Source of the DNA: an uncultured Rhizobiaceae bacterium
GTDB taxonomy: Bacteria > Pseudomonadota > Alphaproteobacteria > UBA7879 > VGCX01
Length of the DNA stretch: 64,000 nucleotides
Reading direction: 5' to 3'
Assembly: GCA_964350815.1 (NCBI GenBank)
Contig: CAYGKW010000003.1
Coordinates: forward strand, 26,500-90,499
The notes under the pieces are model-generated. The model was given only the letters and a program-made list of their open reading frames with translations, did no database searches and was not told the origin of the DNA. Within the stretch, counting starts at the first letter, position 1, and each line of letters opens with the position of its first letter. Positions 41,332 to 52,125 of the stretch are shown here, piece after piece. The position numbers and the translations under genes were made by a program.

Positions 41332-41949
41332 ATGAAAGTAATTACTTATAAAAACGATTTACCAGATAATTTTGCAGTCCCAGAATCTATTGCCATTGAT
41401 TCTGAAACGATGGGCTTAAACCCTTTTCGCGATCGACTTTGTGTTGTTCAATTATCAACTGGGGATAATATTGCCCACCTTGTGAAGTTTGATAATAAAA
41501 AACCTTTACACGCACCGAACCTTGTAAAACTTTTGGAAAATGAAAAAGTGTTAAAAATATTTCATTTTGGGCGTTTTGACTTAGCCATGATTAAACAGCA
41601 TTTGGGGGTCATGCCAAAACCAGTTTACTGTACAAAAATTGCATCAAAACTTATCCGGACTTATACAAATAAACATAGTTTGAAAGAGCTGTGCTCTCTA
41701 TACGCCAAGGTTGATTTATCAAAACAAGAGCAATCCTCTGACTGGGGTGCGGCAGAGCTTACCAAGTCACAAGGCACTTATGCAGCCAATGATGTTTTGT
41801 ATCTTCATAAAATAAAAAAAGAAATTGATATTCTGTTAAAAAGAGAAAATCGTTATAACCTTGCCTACGAATGCTTTAAATTTTTACCAACAGTTGCAGA
41901 ATTAGACTTGCTTCAATGGGAAGTTGGTGATATTTTTGCCCATAATTAG
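41332..41949 (+). CDS. rnd: 3'-5' exonuclease, short-form ribonuclease D
   Basis: 205 aa; DEDDy exonuclease motifs [26 protein letters not shown]. Confidence 0.75.
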   Translation: MKVITYKNDLPDNFAVPESIAIDSETMGLNPFRDRLCVVQLSTGDNIAHLVKFDNKKPLHAPNLVKLLENEKVLKIFHFGRFDLAMIKQHLGVMPKPVYCTKIASKLIRTYTNKHSLKELCSLYAKVDLSKQEQSSDWGAAELTKSQGTYAANDVLYLHKIKKEIDILLKRENRYNLAYECFKFLPTVAELDLLQWEVGDIFAHN

Positions 41950-41959
41950 TGAGAATTCA

Positions 41960-42304
41960 ATGACCCAAAAAACAGTTAAAATTAAATTTTTAGATCAAGA
42001 AAACAAAGAACATGTGATTGATGCGCCTGTTGGACTTTCTATTCTTGAAATTGCCCACGATAATAAAATTGAACTTGAAGGTGCCTGCGAAGGATCTTTA
42101 GCCTGTTCAACATGTCACGTTATTGTTGAAGAAGAATGGTTCGATACATTACCAGAAGCAACTGAAGATGAAGAAGATATGTTAGATCTTGCTTTTGGCT
42201 TAACCCCCACTTCAAGACTTGGTTGCCAAATCATTATTACTGAAGAAATGGAAGGTTTAACTATTAAACTTCCTGCTGCAACCAGAAATATGATGGTTGA
42301 ATAA
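41960..42304 (+). CDS. fdx: 2Fe-2S ferredoxin (adrenodoxin type, ISC-associated Fdx)
   Basis: 114 aa from the internal ATG; [14 protein letters not shown] and LGCQ cysteine ligands. Confidence 0.85.
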   Translation: MTQKTVKIKFLDQENKEHVIDAPVGLSILEIAHDNKIELEGACEGSLACSTCHVIVEEEWFDTLPEATEDEEDMLDLAFGLTPTSRLGCQIIITEEMEGLTIKLPAATRNMMVE

Positions 42305-42309
42305 ACCCT

Positions 42310-42504
42310 ATGAAATGGACTGATATTTATGATATTGCCATTGCCCTTGAAGAAGAACATCCTGATGTGGATATTTTAGGCGTACGCTATACAGATTTAT
42401 GGAAGTGGGTCTGCAATCTTTCCGACTTTGATGATGACCCGAACAAATCAAACGAAAAAACTTTAGAGGCAATCCAAATGGCCTGGCTTGATGAGCGAGA
42501 TTAA
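42310..42504 (+). CDS. iscX: Fe-S cluster assembly protein IscX
   Basis: 64 aa; MKWTDIYDIAIALEEEHPDVD...FDDDPNKSNEKTLEAIQMAWLDE aligns with E. coli IscX/YfhJ. Confidence 0.8.
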   Translation: MKWTDIYDIAIALEEEHPDVDILGVRYTDLWKWVCNLSDFDDDPNKSNEKTLEAIQMAWLDERD

Positions 42505-42564
42505 ATATTTTTTCAACTATTTCTCTGAATTTATTCATATTTGTGATAAATTACCTTAAAGATC

Positions 42565-43803
42565 ATGATGAAAAACACAAAAATAATAACAGCAAGTATT
42601 TTTGGGAATGCCCTTGAATTCTATAACTTAACTTTATATGGATTTTATGTAAGCATTCTTGCCCCCTTATTCTTTCCGTCTGAGAATGCAACTTATTCTC
42701 TGATTGCAAGTTTAAGCGCCTTTGCCTTTGGCTTTTTTGTACGTCCTATCGGTGCAATCGTTTTTGGCTCTATCGGTGATAAACTTGGCCGACGCCTGGC
42801 ATTAAGCTTATCTATTTTATTCATGGGAATTCCCTCATTAATTATCTCTGTATTACCTGGATATTCGAAAATTGGTTTTGTTGCACCTTTGGTTCTTATT
42901 CTTTGCCGTTTATCCCAGGGGCTTTGCTCTGGTGGGGAATTCAACGGAGCAACCATTTTTGCTTTGGAACATGTGGGTAAAGACCGCCCTGGATATGTAG
43001 GAGGCCTAATCGTGGGGTCTTGCTTGCTGGGTTCCTTAATAGCAACCGGTATTGCCATGTTTTTCAACCAGGATATATTTCCAGACTGGATATGGCGTGT
43101 ACCTTTTCTCATTGGCGGACTGGCCAGCTTTTTTGGGTTATATATGCGGCGTCAAATTGATGAAAGCCCTGAATTTATTGAAGCTGAAAATAAAAATAAA
43201 ATTGACCACCTTCCTTTGAAAAGTGCGCTAACAAAACACCTAAGGTCTTGTTTGTTGGTTTTTAGCATTGCCTCATTTGATGGTGCGCTGACATATACTC
43301 TTGTAACTTTTATGATTGTTTATGCCACAGAATGTTTGGGCATTTGCAAAGAATATTCTATGATTTATAACTTTATAGGCATTGCTTCTTGTATGGTTGC
43401 CTGCCCAATATCAGGATATTTAGTAGACAAGTACAAAATTAAAAATGTCTTAATTATATCAAGTTTATTCGTATTAATTTTCAGCTATCCAGTATTTTTA
43501 TTAATTCAGTCCAAGGCATGGTTTCCCAATGTTATAGCAAATATTTTGTTAGGCTTGATGGTTGGAAGTATCATTGGTATACAACCTCTATTCTCACAAC
43601 GCCTGTTCCCAGTGCAAGACAGATATACAGGCATTGCTTTTAGTTATAGCTTGGGTTTGGGACTTATGGCAGGAATCACGCCAATAGTATTAACTATGCT
43701 TGTAAAAGAATTAAACCTTTACAATATGCCTGCTTATTATTTAATGGGATTTGCGGCTGTGTTTATACTTATCATTAAAAATGTACAATTGAAAACTAAG
43801 TGA
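42565..43803 (+). CDS. MFS transporter, metabolite:H+ symporter family (ProP/KgtP-like)
   Basis: 412 aa, 12 TM; GAIVFGSIGDKLGRR MFS motif A, LSQGLCSGGEFNGA. Confidence 0.8.
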   Translation: MMKNTKIITASIFGNALEFYNLTLYGFYVSILAPLFFPSENATYSLIASLSAFAFGFFVRPIGAIVFGSIGDKLGRRLALSLSILFMGIPSLIISVLPGYSKIGFVAPLVLILCRLSQGLCSGGEFNGATIFALEHVGKDRPGYVGGLIVGSCLLGSLIATGIAMFFNQDIFPDWIWRVPFLIGGLASFFGLYMRRQIDESPEFIEAENKNKIDHLPLKSALTKHLRSCLLVFSIASFDGALTYTLVTFMIVYATECLGICKEYSMIYNFIGIASCMVACPISGYLVDKYKIKNVLIISSLFVLIFSYPVFLLIQSKAWFPNVIANILLGLMVGSIIGIQPLFSQRLFPVQDRYTGIAFSYSLGLGLMAGITPIVLTMLVKELNLYNMPAYYLMGFAAVFILIIKNVQLKTK

Positions 43804-43853
43804 ACTTAGCTTACTATCTTAATAAACAATAATTATCATTTTAAGGTAGGCTA

Positions 43854-44450
43854 ATGACCCAATCAAAGCAGGATGTTCTTAAGTTTTGGTTCCAGGAAAC
43901 GGATTCTGAAAACCTCAAGCTAGCAATGAAGCGGTGGTTTGAACCTGATGCAAAGTTTGATAATGAAATTAAATCAAAATTTTCCGACTTAATTGAAGAT
44001 GCCTTGAATGGCAAGATAGACGACTGGTCAGCCACAATAGATGGAAGCCTTGCTTCAGTCATAGTTTATGATCAATTTACACGAAATATTCACAGGGGTT
44101 CGGCAGCATCTTATACTGGTGATCGTAGGGCCCTTGCAATTTCAAAGAATATTATTTCTTTGGGCCATGATAAAAACTTGCCGTTACTTCAACGTTTGTT
44201 TCTATACCTGCCCTTTATGCATTCAGAAGATAAAGTAACGCAAAAACAATCAGTTGAACTTTATGCTGAACTTGCTAAGGATGCACCCTCTTCCGTAAAG
44301 AAGTATTTTAATGATTCCCTTGATTTTGCAAAAAAACATAAAGAAATTATTGATAAGTTTGGGCGGTTTCCCCATCGAAATAAAGAATTAAACCGTGAAT
44401 CCACAAAAGAAGAATTGGATTTTATAAAGAAAAAAGGGCGTGGATTTTAG
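43854..44450 (+). CDS. DUF924 family protein
   Basis: 198 aa; VLKFWFQE...KRWFEPDAKFDNEIKSKF fits the W-F...D..FD..I..F signature of DUF924. Confidence 0.55.
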   Translation: MTQSKQDVLKFWFQETDSENLKLAMKRWFEPDAKFDNEIKSKFSDLIEDALNGKIDDWSATIDGSLASVIVYDQFTRNIHRGSAASYTGDRRALAISKNIISLGHDKNLPLLQRLFLYLPFMHSEDKVTQKQSVELYAELAKDAPSSVKKYFNDSLDFAKKHKEIIDKFGRFPHRNKELNRESTKEELDFIKKKGRGF

Positions 44451-44487
44451 ATATCCCCACCCTTTAATTCCAAAAAGTATTTTTTTA

Positions 44488-45720
44488 TTAAGCCTTAACT
44501 TTACTATCATATTTAATAAAGAAAAAGCCTGCTGTTCCAATGAGCAATCCAGTAACTAGACTGAACATTCCCATATTGAAAGCATACTCTCCATAGAAGC
44601 GAACATTATCAGTCATTGTACCTTGCCAAAATGCATCCAAAAGATTACCGAAAACTATTGGATATATAATACCACTGATCATATTGATCATATTAACGAT
44701 TCCAATCATTGTTCCGCCCAACCATTCTGGTGTGCGTTCTGTAACCATTCCAAAAACCAAAACTTGGTAAGCACTGAAAAATCCAATTATGATTAAAAAG
44801 ACAGCAACACCTGCAAATGGTAATTTTAAATACATAATTCCAAACAAAGCACCAAGCATCAACAATCCACTTAAGGCAATCAGCTTGGCATAATTATGGA
44901 ATCTTTCAGAAAGTAAGGCAATCATTGGCCCTCCAAAAACCATTCCACCGTATATAATACTTCCTGGTGCTGCCGCATCTTGACTGCTCCAGCCATACAC
45001 TTGGCCAAAATAAGTCTTACTCCAGGATCCTGCAAAAGAATATAAAGGCCCAGAAAGCAATGCACCAAACAAAGAAATCCATAATATTTTGTTATCAATC
45101 ATAACCTGCCATGCAGCCTTAAAATCAAGTTTTTCTACCTGATCTTCCTTAAATCCAACTGGATTTTTTACAAAAAGGAAGATGGCTAAACTTATTAATG
45201 CCCCGATCATAGACAGATAAAATAAAGTAGACTTCCATCCAACTAAGTCAACTGAATAGCTTAATGGCATACCACCAAACATCGCCCCTGATAGCCCGAT
45301 TGCTACAGTAATTCCAACGATTCGGGAATATTTTTCTTCTTCAAACCACATGCGAATAAGTTTTGATGTTGATATAAAGGCACCGGCTGCCCCAACCCCG
45401 ACAAGGAAGCGACCAATTAATACGGTTGTCCAACTTTCTGCAATAGAAAATAAAAACACACCACAACCACAAACAAGGCACAAGGCCGTTGCAATATAGC
45501 GGGGGCCATATAGATCTAAAAGAACCCCGCTAGGAATCTGCATCAAGGCATATCCTGCATAAAAAGCCCCGACAAGCAATCCAAATTGGGATGCTTCAAT
45601 ATTAAAATACTGTTGCAGATCTTCTGCCATGACATCTGGGGAAACCCGTGCAACAAATTGATAAAAGAAAAAGGCGCACATAAGTGACCACATAAATAGA
45701 GATCGCGCTTTTATAGACAT
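44488..45720 (-). CDS. MFS transporter
   Basis: 410 aa, 12 TM; GRFLVGVGAAGAF and PSGVLLDLYGPR MFS motifs. Confidence 0.75.
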   Translation of the reverse strand: MSIKARSLFMWSLMCAFFFYQFVARVSPDVMAEDLQQYFNIEASQFGLLVGAFYAGYALMQIPSGVLLDLYGPRYIATALCLVCGCGVFLFSIAESWTTVLIGRFLVGVGAAGAFISTSKLIRMWFEEEKYSRIVGITVAIGLSGAMFGGMPLSYSVDLVGWKSTLFYLSMIGALISLAIFLFVKNPVGFKEDQVEKLDFKAAWQVMIDNKILWISLFGALLSGPLYSFAGSWSKTYFGQVYGWSSQDAAAPGSIIYGGMVFGGPMIALLSERFHNYAKLIALSGLLMLGALFGIMYLKLPFAGVAVFLIIIGFFSAYQVLVFGMVTERTPEWLGGTMIGIVNMINMISGIIYPIVFGNLLDAFWQGTMTDNVRFYGEYAFNMGMFSLVTGLLIGTAGFFFIKYDSKVKA

Positions 45721-46013
45721 TTTTTAACTCCAAACTTTAAACTTAGTTTAATTCTTTTGGTCCCCTTCTTGGAAACCTTATTATACGTACAAATCTTATG
45801 AAATTATATTAAATGAAATAGGACAGCAGCAGCTGCCACAAGCATCATGACCATGCTTAGGGTAGTAATATTTTTAAATGTATTTATATTACGGTAATTC
45901 ATAATCTAACATATTATGGGTTGAGTTCAGGTAAATCAAGAATAAATTTAAAAAAATAAAATTTACAATTAGTTTATTGAACAAACTTATTACATAAACA
46001 AAAATGTCAGAAG

Positions 46014-46943
46014 TTAAAGAGTGTAAAAATGATGACTTGATACTGCCTTAAATTCATTAGAATATGCGCCTTGAATAAAATCGATCCCATCTAATTTGTT
46101 ACGTTCTATATTCAAAATACGACCATGAACAAACATGAATTCATTTGGATACTTATTTAACATATAATTTGCATACAATTCATATTCAGAAAAATTGCCA
46201 TCTTCCAAATCTAAATCATTCAAAGCATCAAACCACACTTTCTTATATTTATTTTCCAGATCTGCTTTAAGTAATTTTAACTTTTGTTTATTAAACAACA
46301 TGTGGTGCGCTGTAAAATCTAAATTATAAAACTTTTTAACGCCTGTCACCCGTTCAACAAACTTCTTTCTTTCCAAAGAATAATCTCTGTAGACATTAAA
46401 AATAGTTTTTCCTTTATAAATAAAAACATGGGCACGCATTAAAATCATATCTGCATCTATCACCAAAAAGTTATCTTTTTCCACAAAAGAATCAGCATTT
46501 AATTTTAGATACTGTTGTTTGATCCAACCTTTTTGTGTTTTTTTATCTGAAAATTTTGGCAAGACATTATTTTCTTTTATAAATACCAAATCATTATCTT
46601 TTGCGAATTTTTTTAATTTTTCAGATTCTGGGGCCACAATATAAATTTTATTTATTGGGTGCATTAACAGCCCCTTTATTGATTTAATTGTATATTTTGC
46701 AGTTGGTATATCCTTTTCAACGATAGGAATAACAATATCTAGCGGAACATCACTTTTGTGAATTTTATTATCCATAGTTGGGTCATTGGAATAACGATAA
46801 AGCAAGGACATGTGAAGGTTTCTAAGTTTTTTATGAAAGTGTGATTCTGAATTTGGTAAGCTTTCCGGGGTGCTTATCAACCAAAAACTATAAAATATAA
46901 TTAACAAAAAAATACCGGCAATAATTAAAAATATTTTTTTCAT
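46014..46943 (-). CDS. hypothetical membrane-anchored protein, possible GT-A-type glycosyltransferase (DXD-like VIDADMIL)
   Basis: 309 aa; single N-terminal TM; very AT-rich/Lys-rich; IVIPIVEKD and IDADMILM resemble nucleotide-sugar transferase motifs; weak. Confidence 0.4.
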   Translation of the reverse strand: MKKIFLIIAGIFLLIIFYSFWLISTPESLPNSESHFHKKLRNLHMSLLYRYSNDPTMDNKIHKSDVPLDIVIPIVEKDIPTAKYTIKSIKGLLMHPINKIYIVAPESEKLKKFAKDNDLVFIKENNVLPKFSDKKTQKGWIKQQYLKLNADSFVEKDNFLVIDADMILMRAHVFIYKGKTIFNVYRDYSLERKKFVERVTGVKKFYNLDFTAHHMLFNKQKLKLLKADLENKYKKVWFDALNDLDLEDGNFSEYELYANYMLNKYPNEFMFVHGRILNIERNKLDGIDFIQGAYSNEFKAVSSHHFYTL

Positions 46944-46944
46944 A

Positions 46945-48675
46945 TTATCTTTCCTTTATTTGGTTTAAAAACCATGTTTTATGTTTTTCTTCAAGGTGGT
47001 CATGTAATTTCTTATATACATTTTCATGATAATTTTTTAACCACATCTTTTCACTTTTATCCAGCAGGTCAAATTTAATTAACTTAATATCAAAAGGTGT
47101 GCACGTTAATGTTTCAAATCCGTACATTTCACAATCTGAATCTTGAACTTTGATGGACTTCACCATCACAACATTTTCCAAACGAATGCCATAATGATCT
47201 TTTTTGTAATACCCTGGTTCATTTGACAAAAGCATGCCCGCTTGCAAAGGCACGGGTGAATAACGCTTACTTATACCTTGGGGGCCATCATGCACACCCA
47301 AGTAACACCCAACCCCATGTCCTGTTCCATGTCCATAATCTAAGCCTACATTCCACAAAGGCTGACGGGCCAATGCATCCAACTGCATCCCACTGGTACC
47401 TTTTGGAAATTTTGCTGTAGCAATGGCAATATGTCCTTTTAAAACGCGAGTATAATTGTCTTTTAAATCCTGTGGTGGGGCTTTTTTCCCAACCCAAACG
47501 GTGCGCGTCGTATCAGTTGTACCATCTAAATATTGCCCCCCAGAATCACATAAGAATAAGCAACCATCCGTCAATTTTTTATTAGTTGCCTCTGTTGTGT
47601 GATAATGCGCCAACGCAGCATTTTCGTTCACCCCTGCAATGGTACCAAAACTTGGTTGCATGAATAGGTCTTGTTCCTTGCGTAATGATAAAATTTTATC
47701 CATGGCATCGTACTCATCTGCCCCTTCTGCAACCGCCTGCGTATCCAACCAATACAGAAATTTTGTTAAAGCCACACCGTCATGGATTTGGCAATTACTT
47801 GCCCCCTTTTGCTCTGCAATATTTGTGATGGCTTTGGGTAATTGACAAGGGTCTTCACCAAAAATAATCTTATTCTGGCCTTGTAGTTTTTCATATATGG
47901 CATAAGGCGTTTTTTGTTGGTCCAATAAAACCGATTGATCTTTCAAGCCTTGTAAAAACTCTGAAAAACTGTCTATGTTTCTATAGTCAATTTTTTCCAG
48001 ATCAATATATGTATCAACTTGATCCACATTACAAAACAGAGTTACATGACCTTGTTTATCCATGTAGGCATATGATAAAAATATGGGGGTGTAATCCACA
48101 TCACTTCCACGTAAGTTCAATAACCATGCAATAGAATCAGCCCGACATAAAATAACACCATCGGTTTTTAAATTTTCGACAATTTTTTGCCGTTTATCTA
48201 AAGACGATTCCCCAGCATATTTTAAGGGATATTCTATAATGGAGTTTGCTGGAAGGTTTGACCTATCTTCCCAAACGGCATCAACCAAATTAGTATTAAT
48301 TGGGATAAGGTTTTCCAACTTGTTAAAAGCCTGCTGTTCACGACAAGTTAATGTCCAAGGATCAAATGCCAATTTTTTGTTTTTCTGTTTGGATAAAAAT
48401 TTTGAAATATTTGCAATAGTATAGTCTTGAATTTGAAAGTTTTCCTGATCAACTTCAGAAGCTGCCTGGATTGTATAACGCCCGTCCACAAACAAAACTG
48501 ATTCAATTTGGGTGACAATTAAAAAACCAGCAGATCCTGTAAAGCCCGTCAACCATTCAATTCTTTTATAAGCATCCGGTATAAATTCATTTTGGAATGG
48601 ATCTGCCATAGGAATCAGATAACCATCAAACCCTTGATCTTTAATATGCTTTTTTAAACTGACTAACTTAGACAT
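46945..48675 (-). CDS. pepP: Xaa-Pro aminopeptidase (M24B, aminopeptidase P, long form)
   Basis: 576 aa; creatinase-like N-domains, HGTGHGVG metal-binding motif, SNEPGYY, ENV. Confidence 0.9.
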   Translation of the reverse strand: MSKLVSLKKHIKDQGFDGYLIPMADPFQNEFIPDAYKRIEWLTGFTGSAGFLIVTQIESVLFVDGRYTIQAASEVDQENFQIQDYTIANISKFLSKQKNKKLAFDPWTLTCREQQAFNKLENLIPINTNLVDAVWEDRSNLPANSIIEYPLKYAGESSLDKRQKIVENLKTDGVILCRADSIAWLLNLRGSDVDYTPIFLSYAYMDKQGHVTLFCNVDQVDTYIDLEKIDYRNIDSFSEFLQGLKDQSVLLDQQKTPYAIYEKLQGQNKIIFGEDPCQLPKAITNIAEQKGASNCQIHDGVALTKFLYWLDTQAVAEGADEYDAMDKILSLRKEQDLFMQPSFGTIAGVNENAALAHYHTTEATNKKLTDGCLFLCDSGGQYLDGTTDTTRTVWVGKKAPPQDLKDNYTRVLKGHIAIATAKFPKGTSGMQLDALARQPLWNVGLDYGHGTGHGVGCYLGVHDGPQGISKRYSPVPLQAGMLLSNEPGYYKKDHYGIRLENVVMVKSIKVQDSDCEMYGFETLTCTPFDIKLIKFDLLDKSEKMWLKNYHENVYKKLHDHLEEKHKTWFLNQIKER

Positions 48676-49552
48676 CTTTTGATAAAATTATGGTTGACCA
48701 GCCCTCCAGATGAAAGACTTTTGAAACTTTTAAACCATATTTTGTATGGGCCTGGACCACTTGTTCTTCCTGTTCTTCCAATAAACCTGATAAGATTACA
48801 TATCCACCTTTTTGCAAATGCTGGGCAAGATCCCCCGCCATATCACACAAAGGCCCTGCCAAAATATTGGCCATTATCAAATCATATTGATCCTCTGATT
48901 TTAAAGGCGCATAACCTGTACCCTCAATAACATCAATCAGACTTTCCACTTGATTATCTTTGGCATTGTCTGTGGCCGTTGTAACAGAGAAAGGGTCAAT
49001 ATCAATACCCAAAACTGGAATTTGAAAAAGCTTTACAATCGCCATGGATAAAATGCCTGAACCACAACCAACGTCCAGGGCTTTTTTGAATGGCTGGGTG
49101 CTTAAATGATCAAGGGCAAGCAGACATCCTTTGGTGGATGCATGTTCCCCGCTGCCAAAAGCCAGCGCAGCATCAATCTTAAGGACATGTTTTTCTTTGG
49201 GAATATGCCCTTCATAATGGGACCCATGAATAAAAAAGGACCCAACATCAATTGGGGGAAAACTTTTGCGATTTTCAGCCACCCAATCTTTTTCTGGCAG
49301 TTTTTCCAGTTCTGCCTTTAAGGGATCTGGTAAATTAAAATCAATTAAGAATTGATCCAATTTTTCCTGAGCTTGGGATGAATTACAATTTTTTATATCC
49401 CGAATGGGTAAGGTAACTTCAAGGTTCACTTCATTTTTATGTCCCTGAACACCGTACGACACAGCTGCCCCAATCTCATTCAAAGCATACACATACAAAG
49501 GTTGATCCTTTGTATCTACAATGATATTCCATTTCCAAATTGATTCATTCAT
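48668..49552 (-). CDS. prmA: ribosomal protein L11 methyltransferase
   Basis: 294 aa; SAM-binding LDVGCGSGILSMA, PrmA N-terminal domain. Confidence 0.9.
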   Translation of the reverse strand: MNESIWKWNIIVDTKDQPLYVYALNEIGAAVSYGVQGHKNEVNLEVTLPIRDIKNCNSSQAQEKLDQFLIDFNLPDPLKAELEKLPEKDWVAENRKSFPPIDVGSFFIHGSHYEGHIPKEKHVLKIDAALAFGSGEHASTKGCLLALDHLSTQPFKKALDVGCGSGILSMAIVKLFQIPVLGIDIDPFSVTTATDNAKDNQVESLIDVIEGTGYAPLKSEDQYDLIMANILAGPLCDMAGDLAQHLQKGGYVILSGLLEEQEEQVVQAHTKYGLKVSKVFHLEGWSTIILSKDV

Positions 49553-51705
49553 GCGGCACTCACAAAACTATCCATAACTTTTTTTGTTCCTGTATGATCA
49601 AAATTGATCGTTAATTTATTACCATCTGATTCAGATATAATGCCATATCCAAACTTTATATGGAATACACGTTGACCCACTTTATATTTTGATGAACTGG
49701 GGCTAAAAATTAATTTTTCAGTTTCTTTTTTCTGCGATGGCTTAAAAAAAGCTGGTTTACTGTTCATAAAAGAAGTATCCAAAAAGCAAATATGTTCCTT
49801 GGGCAATTCTTGAAGGAATCTTGATGGTGTGCTGTTTTGCCATTGGCCATGCACCTGACGATTGGCTGCAAATGTAATATAGGCCTGACGACAGGCACGT
49901 GTTAATCCCACGTAGGCCAAGCGCCTTTCTTCTTCCAGTTCATTCTTACCACCTTCCATGATGACTTTTTGGCTTGGGAATACACCTTCTTCCCAGCCTG
50001 ATAAAAAAACTGTGTCATATTCTAGGCCCTTGGCACTGTGCATCGTCATGATCATAACATTATCATCATAGGCTGACTTTGTGTTTTCCATTACCAAACT
50101 GACATGTTCCAAAAAGGCTGGCAAATCTTGAAATTCTGCAATGGCTGATACAAGCTCTTTTAAGTTTTCAAGGCGCCCTGATGCTTCGATACTTTTATCT
50201 TTTTTCCACATGGTGGCATAACCTGATTCGTCCAAAATCATTTCCACCAATTCCACATGATTTGTTGATTCCAACAAGCCATTCCAACGATCAATATTAT
50301 GAATGAAATCCAATATGGCCGTACGAGTTTTACCTTTAATTTCATCAGTTTGAACAATATCACGAACTGCTTCCATCATCGATAGACCAGTATCCCTTGC
50401 AATCATATGCAATTTCTTAACAGTTGCCGCCCCAATACCACGCTTTGGTAAATTGATAATTCGGTCAAAGGCCAAATCATCTTTTGGTTGCACAACAAGC
50501 CGTAAATAGGCCATTGCATCACGGATTTCCATACGTTCATAAAAACGCACCCCCCCAATGATAATATAGGGGATGGATTGACTCATGAAGGCTTCTTCAA
50601 ATTCACGGGTTTGAAAACCTGCCCTAACCAAAATCGCCATATCAGAATAGCGTTTATCATTACGATGATAATTTTCGATTTCTTCACCAATCCAACGGGC
50701 TTCTTCACGGGCATCCCAAGTGCCTTTGATTCGGACGGGTTCACCTTCATCAAATTCTGTCCAAAGGGTTTTCCCCAAACGATTGGCATTTTGTGAAATA
50801 AGGCCTGAGGCAGCCCCAAGAATATGGGGTGTTGATCGATAGTTTTGCTCCAAACGAACAACTTTGGCCCCTTTAAAATCTTTTTCAAATCGCAAAATAT
50901 TACCAACTTCGGCCCCTCGCCAACCATAAATAGACTGATCATCATCCCCCACCACGCAAATGTTCTGGCTTTTTTGACTCAGTAGCCGCAACCATAAATA
51001 CTGGGCAACGTTGGTGTCTTGATATTCGTCCACCATGATGTATTTAAATTGGCGTTGGTATTGTTCCAGGATATCTGGATGATTTCTGAAAATCGTCACC
51101 ACATGCAGCAATAAATCGCCAAAATCGACTGCATTTAATACCTTTAAACGCTCTTGATAAAGCTTATAAATATGCCAGGCCTGCTGCCGGGATTCTGTCA
51201 AAAGATCGCCTGAGGAAACTTGATCAGGCAACAAGCCTTTGTCTTTCCACATATTAATATCATAAGCATGGAATTTGGCTGTTTGTTTGTTGGCTTCAAT
51301 ATTTTCAAGTTCCAACAATTGCTTGATCACACGAATTTGGTCATCCGTATCGATGATGGTAAAGTTACTGTCCAACCCAACCAAGTCTGCATGGCGCCGC
51401 AGGATACGCATTGAAATTGAATGGAATGTCCCAAGCCACATCCCCTGGATATTTTGACTGATCAAATCAGATACCCGGTTTTTCATTTCATTTGCAGCTT
51501 TGTTCGTGAAAGTCACGGCCAAAACTTCAGATGGCCACGCCTTCCCCTGTATCAGAATATGGGATAAACGGGTAATCAAAACACGTGTCTTACCCGTCCC
51601 TGCACCAGCAAGTATTAATAATGGGCCTTCTGTATTATTTACAGCATCGCGTTGCGGCGGGTTTAAAGTATCTAAATAGGAAGTATCTTGGTGTTGTTCA
51701 GACAT
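49549..51705 (-). CDS. uvrD: ATP-dependent DNA helicase UvrD/Rep/PcrA family
   Basis: 718 aa; Walker A GAGTGKTRVL, motifs TFTNKAA, DEYQDTN, GDDDQSIYGWRGA, C-terminal VGLTRA. Confidence 0.9.
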   Translation of the reverse strand: MSEQHQDTSYLDTLNPPQRDAVNNTEGPLLILAGAGTGKTRVLITRLSHILIQGKAWPSEVLAVTFTNKAANEMKNRVSDLISQNIQGMWLGTFHSISMRILRRHADLVGLDSNFTIIDTDDQIRVIKQLLELENIEANKQTAKFHAYDINMWKDKGLLPDQVSSGDLLTESRQQAWHIYKLYQERLKVLNAVDFGDLLLHVVTIFRNHPDILEQYQRQFKYIMVDEYQDTNVAQYLWLRLLSQKSQNICVVGDDDQSIYGWRGAEVGNILRFEKDFKGAKVVRLEQNYRSTPHILGAASGLISQNANRLGKTLWTEFDEGEPVRIKGTWDAREEARWIGEEIENYHRNDKRYSDMAILVRAGFQTREFEEAFMSQSIPYIIIGGVRFYERMEIRDAMAYLRLVVQPKDDLAFDRIINLPKRGIGAATVKKLHMIARDTGLSMMEAVRDIVQTDEIKGKTRTAILDFIHNIDRWNGLLESTNHVELVEMILDESGYATMWKKDKSIEASGRLENLKELVSAIAEFQDLPAFLEHVSLVMENTKSAYDDNVMIMTMHSAKGLEYDTVFLSGWEEGVFPSQKVIMEGGKNELEEERRLAYVGLTRACRQAYITFAANRQVHGQWQNSTPSRFLQELPKEHICFLDTSFMNSKPAFFKPSQKKETEKLIFSPSSSKYKVGQRVFHIKFGYGIISESDGNKLTINFDHTGTKKVMDSFVSAA

Positions 51706-51813
51706 AGATAATGCCTACCATATTTACACCTTAAAAACCATTGAAAAAAGCCAAAAACCTGCTAATAATGATATTAGTTAAGTATTAATAAATAAATGTA
51801 CAGGGAAAAAGAA

Positions 51814-52071
51814 ATGAAAAAATTTATACTATTAAGTGCTTGTGCATTGTTTTTATGCAATGCAGAAAATTCACATGCTGCAGCAGAAGAAGGAAAACCT
51901 TTATTAGGGGAGAGTCCAAAATCCTATAAACCTGTTTCTCCAAAAGAGGAGAAAGGAAAATTAAGACCCCGAGGAAGTGGAAAATCCCCAGTTCGATCAC
52001 CTAAAGGGCCAATAGGACTTGCAGGTCTTTCTTCAGCTGATGCACTTAGGGAACTTGGTGCCCTTGATTAA
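51814..52071 (+). CDS. small secreted basic Pro/Lys-rich protein
   Basis: 85 aa from internal MKKFILLSACALFLCNA signal peptide; followed directly by a strong terminator. Confidence 0.45.
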   Translation: MKKFILLSACALFLCNAENSHAAAEEGKPLLGESPKSYKPVSPKEEKGKLRPRGSGKSPVRSPKGPIGLAGLSSADALRELGALD

Positions 52072-52110
52072 TAAAAAAACACCGGCTTAAGCCGGTGTTT
52101 TTAAATTTTT
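52072..52110. terminator. bidirectional rho-independent terminator (acaccggcttaagccggtgt flanked by A- and T-tracts)
   Basis: Perfect 8-bp stem between convergent genes. Confidence 0.75.
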
Positions 52111-52125
52111 TATATTAGGAAAGGT

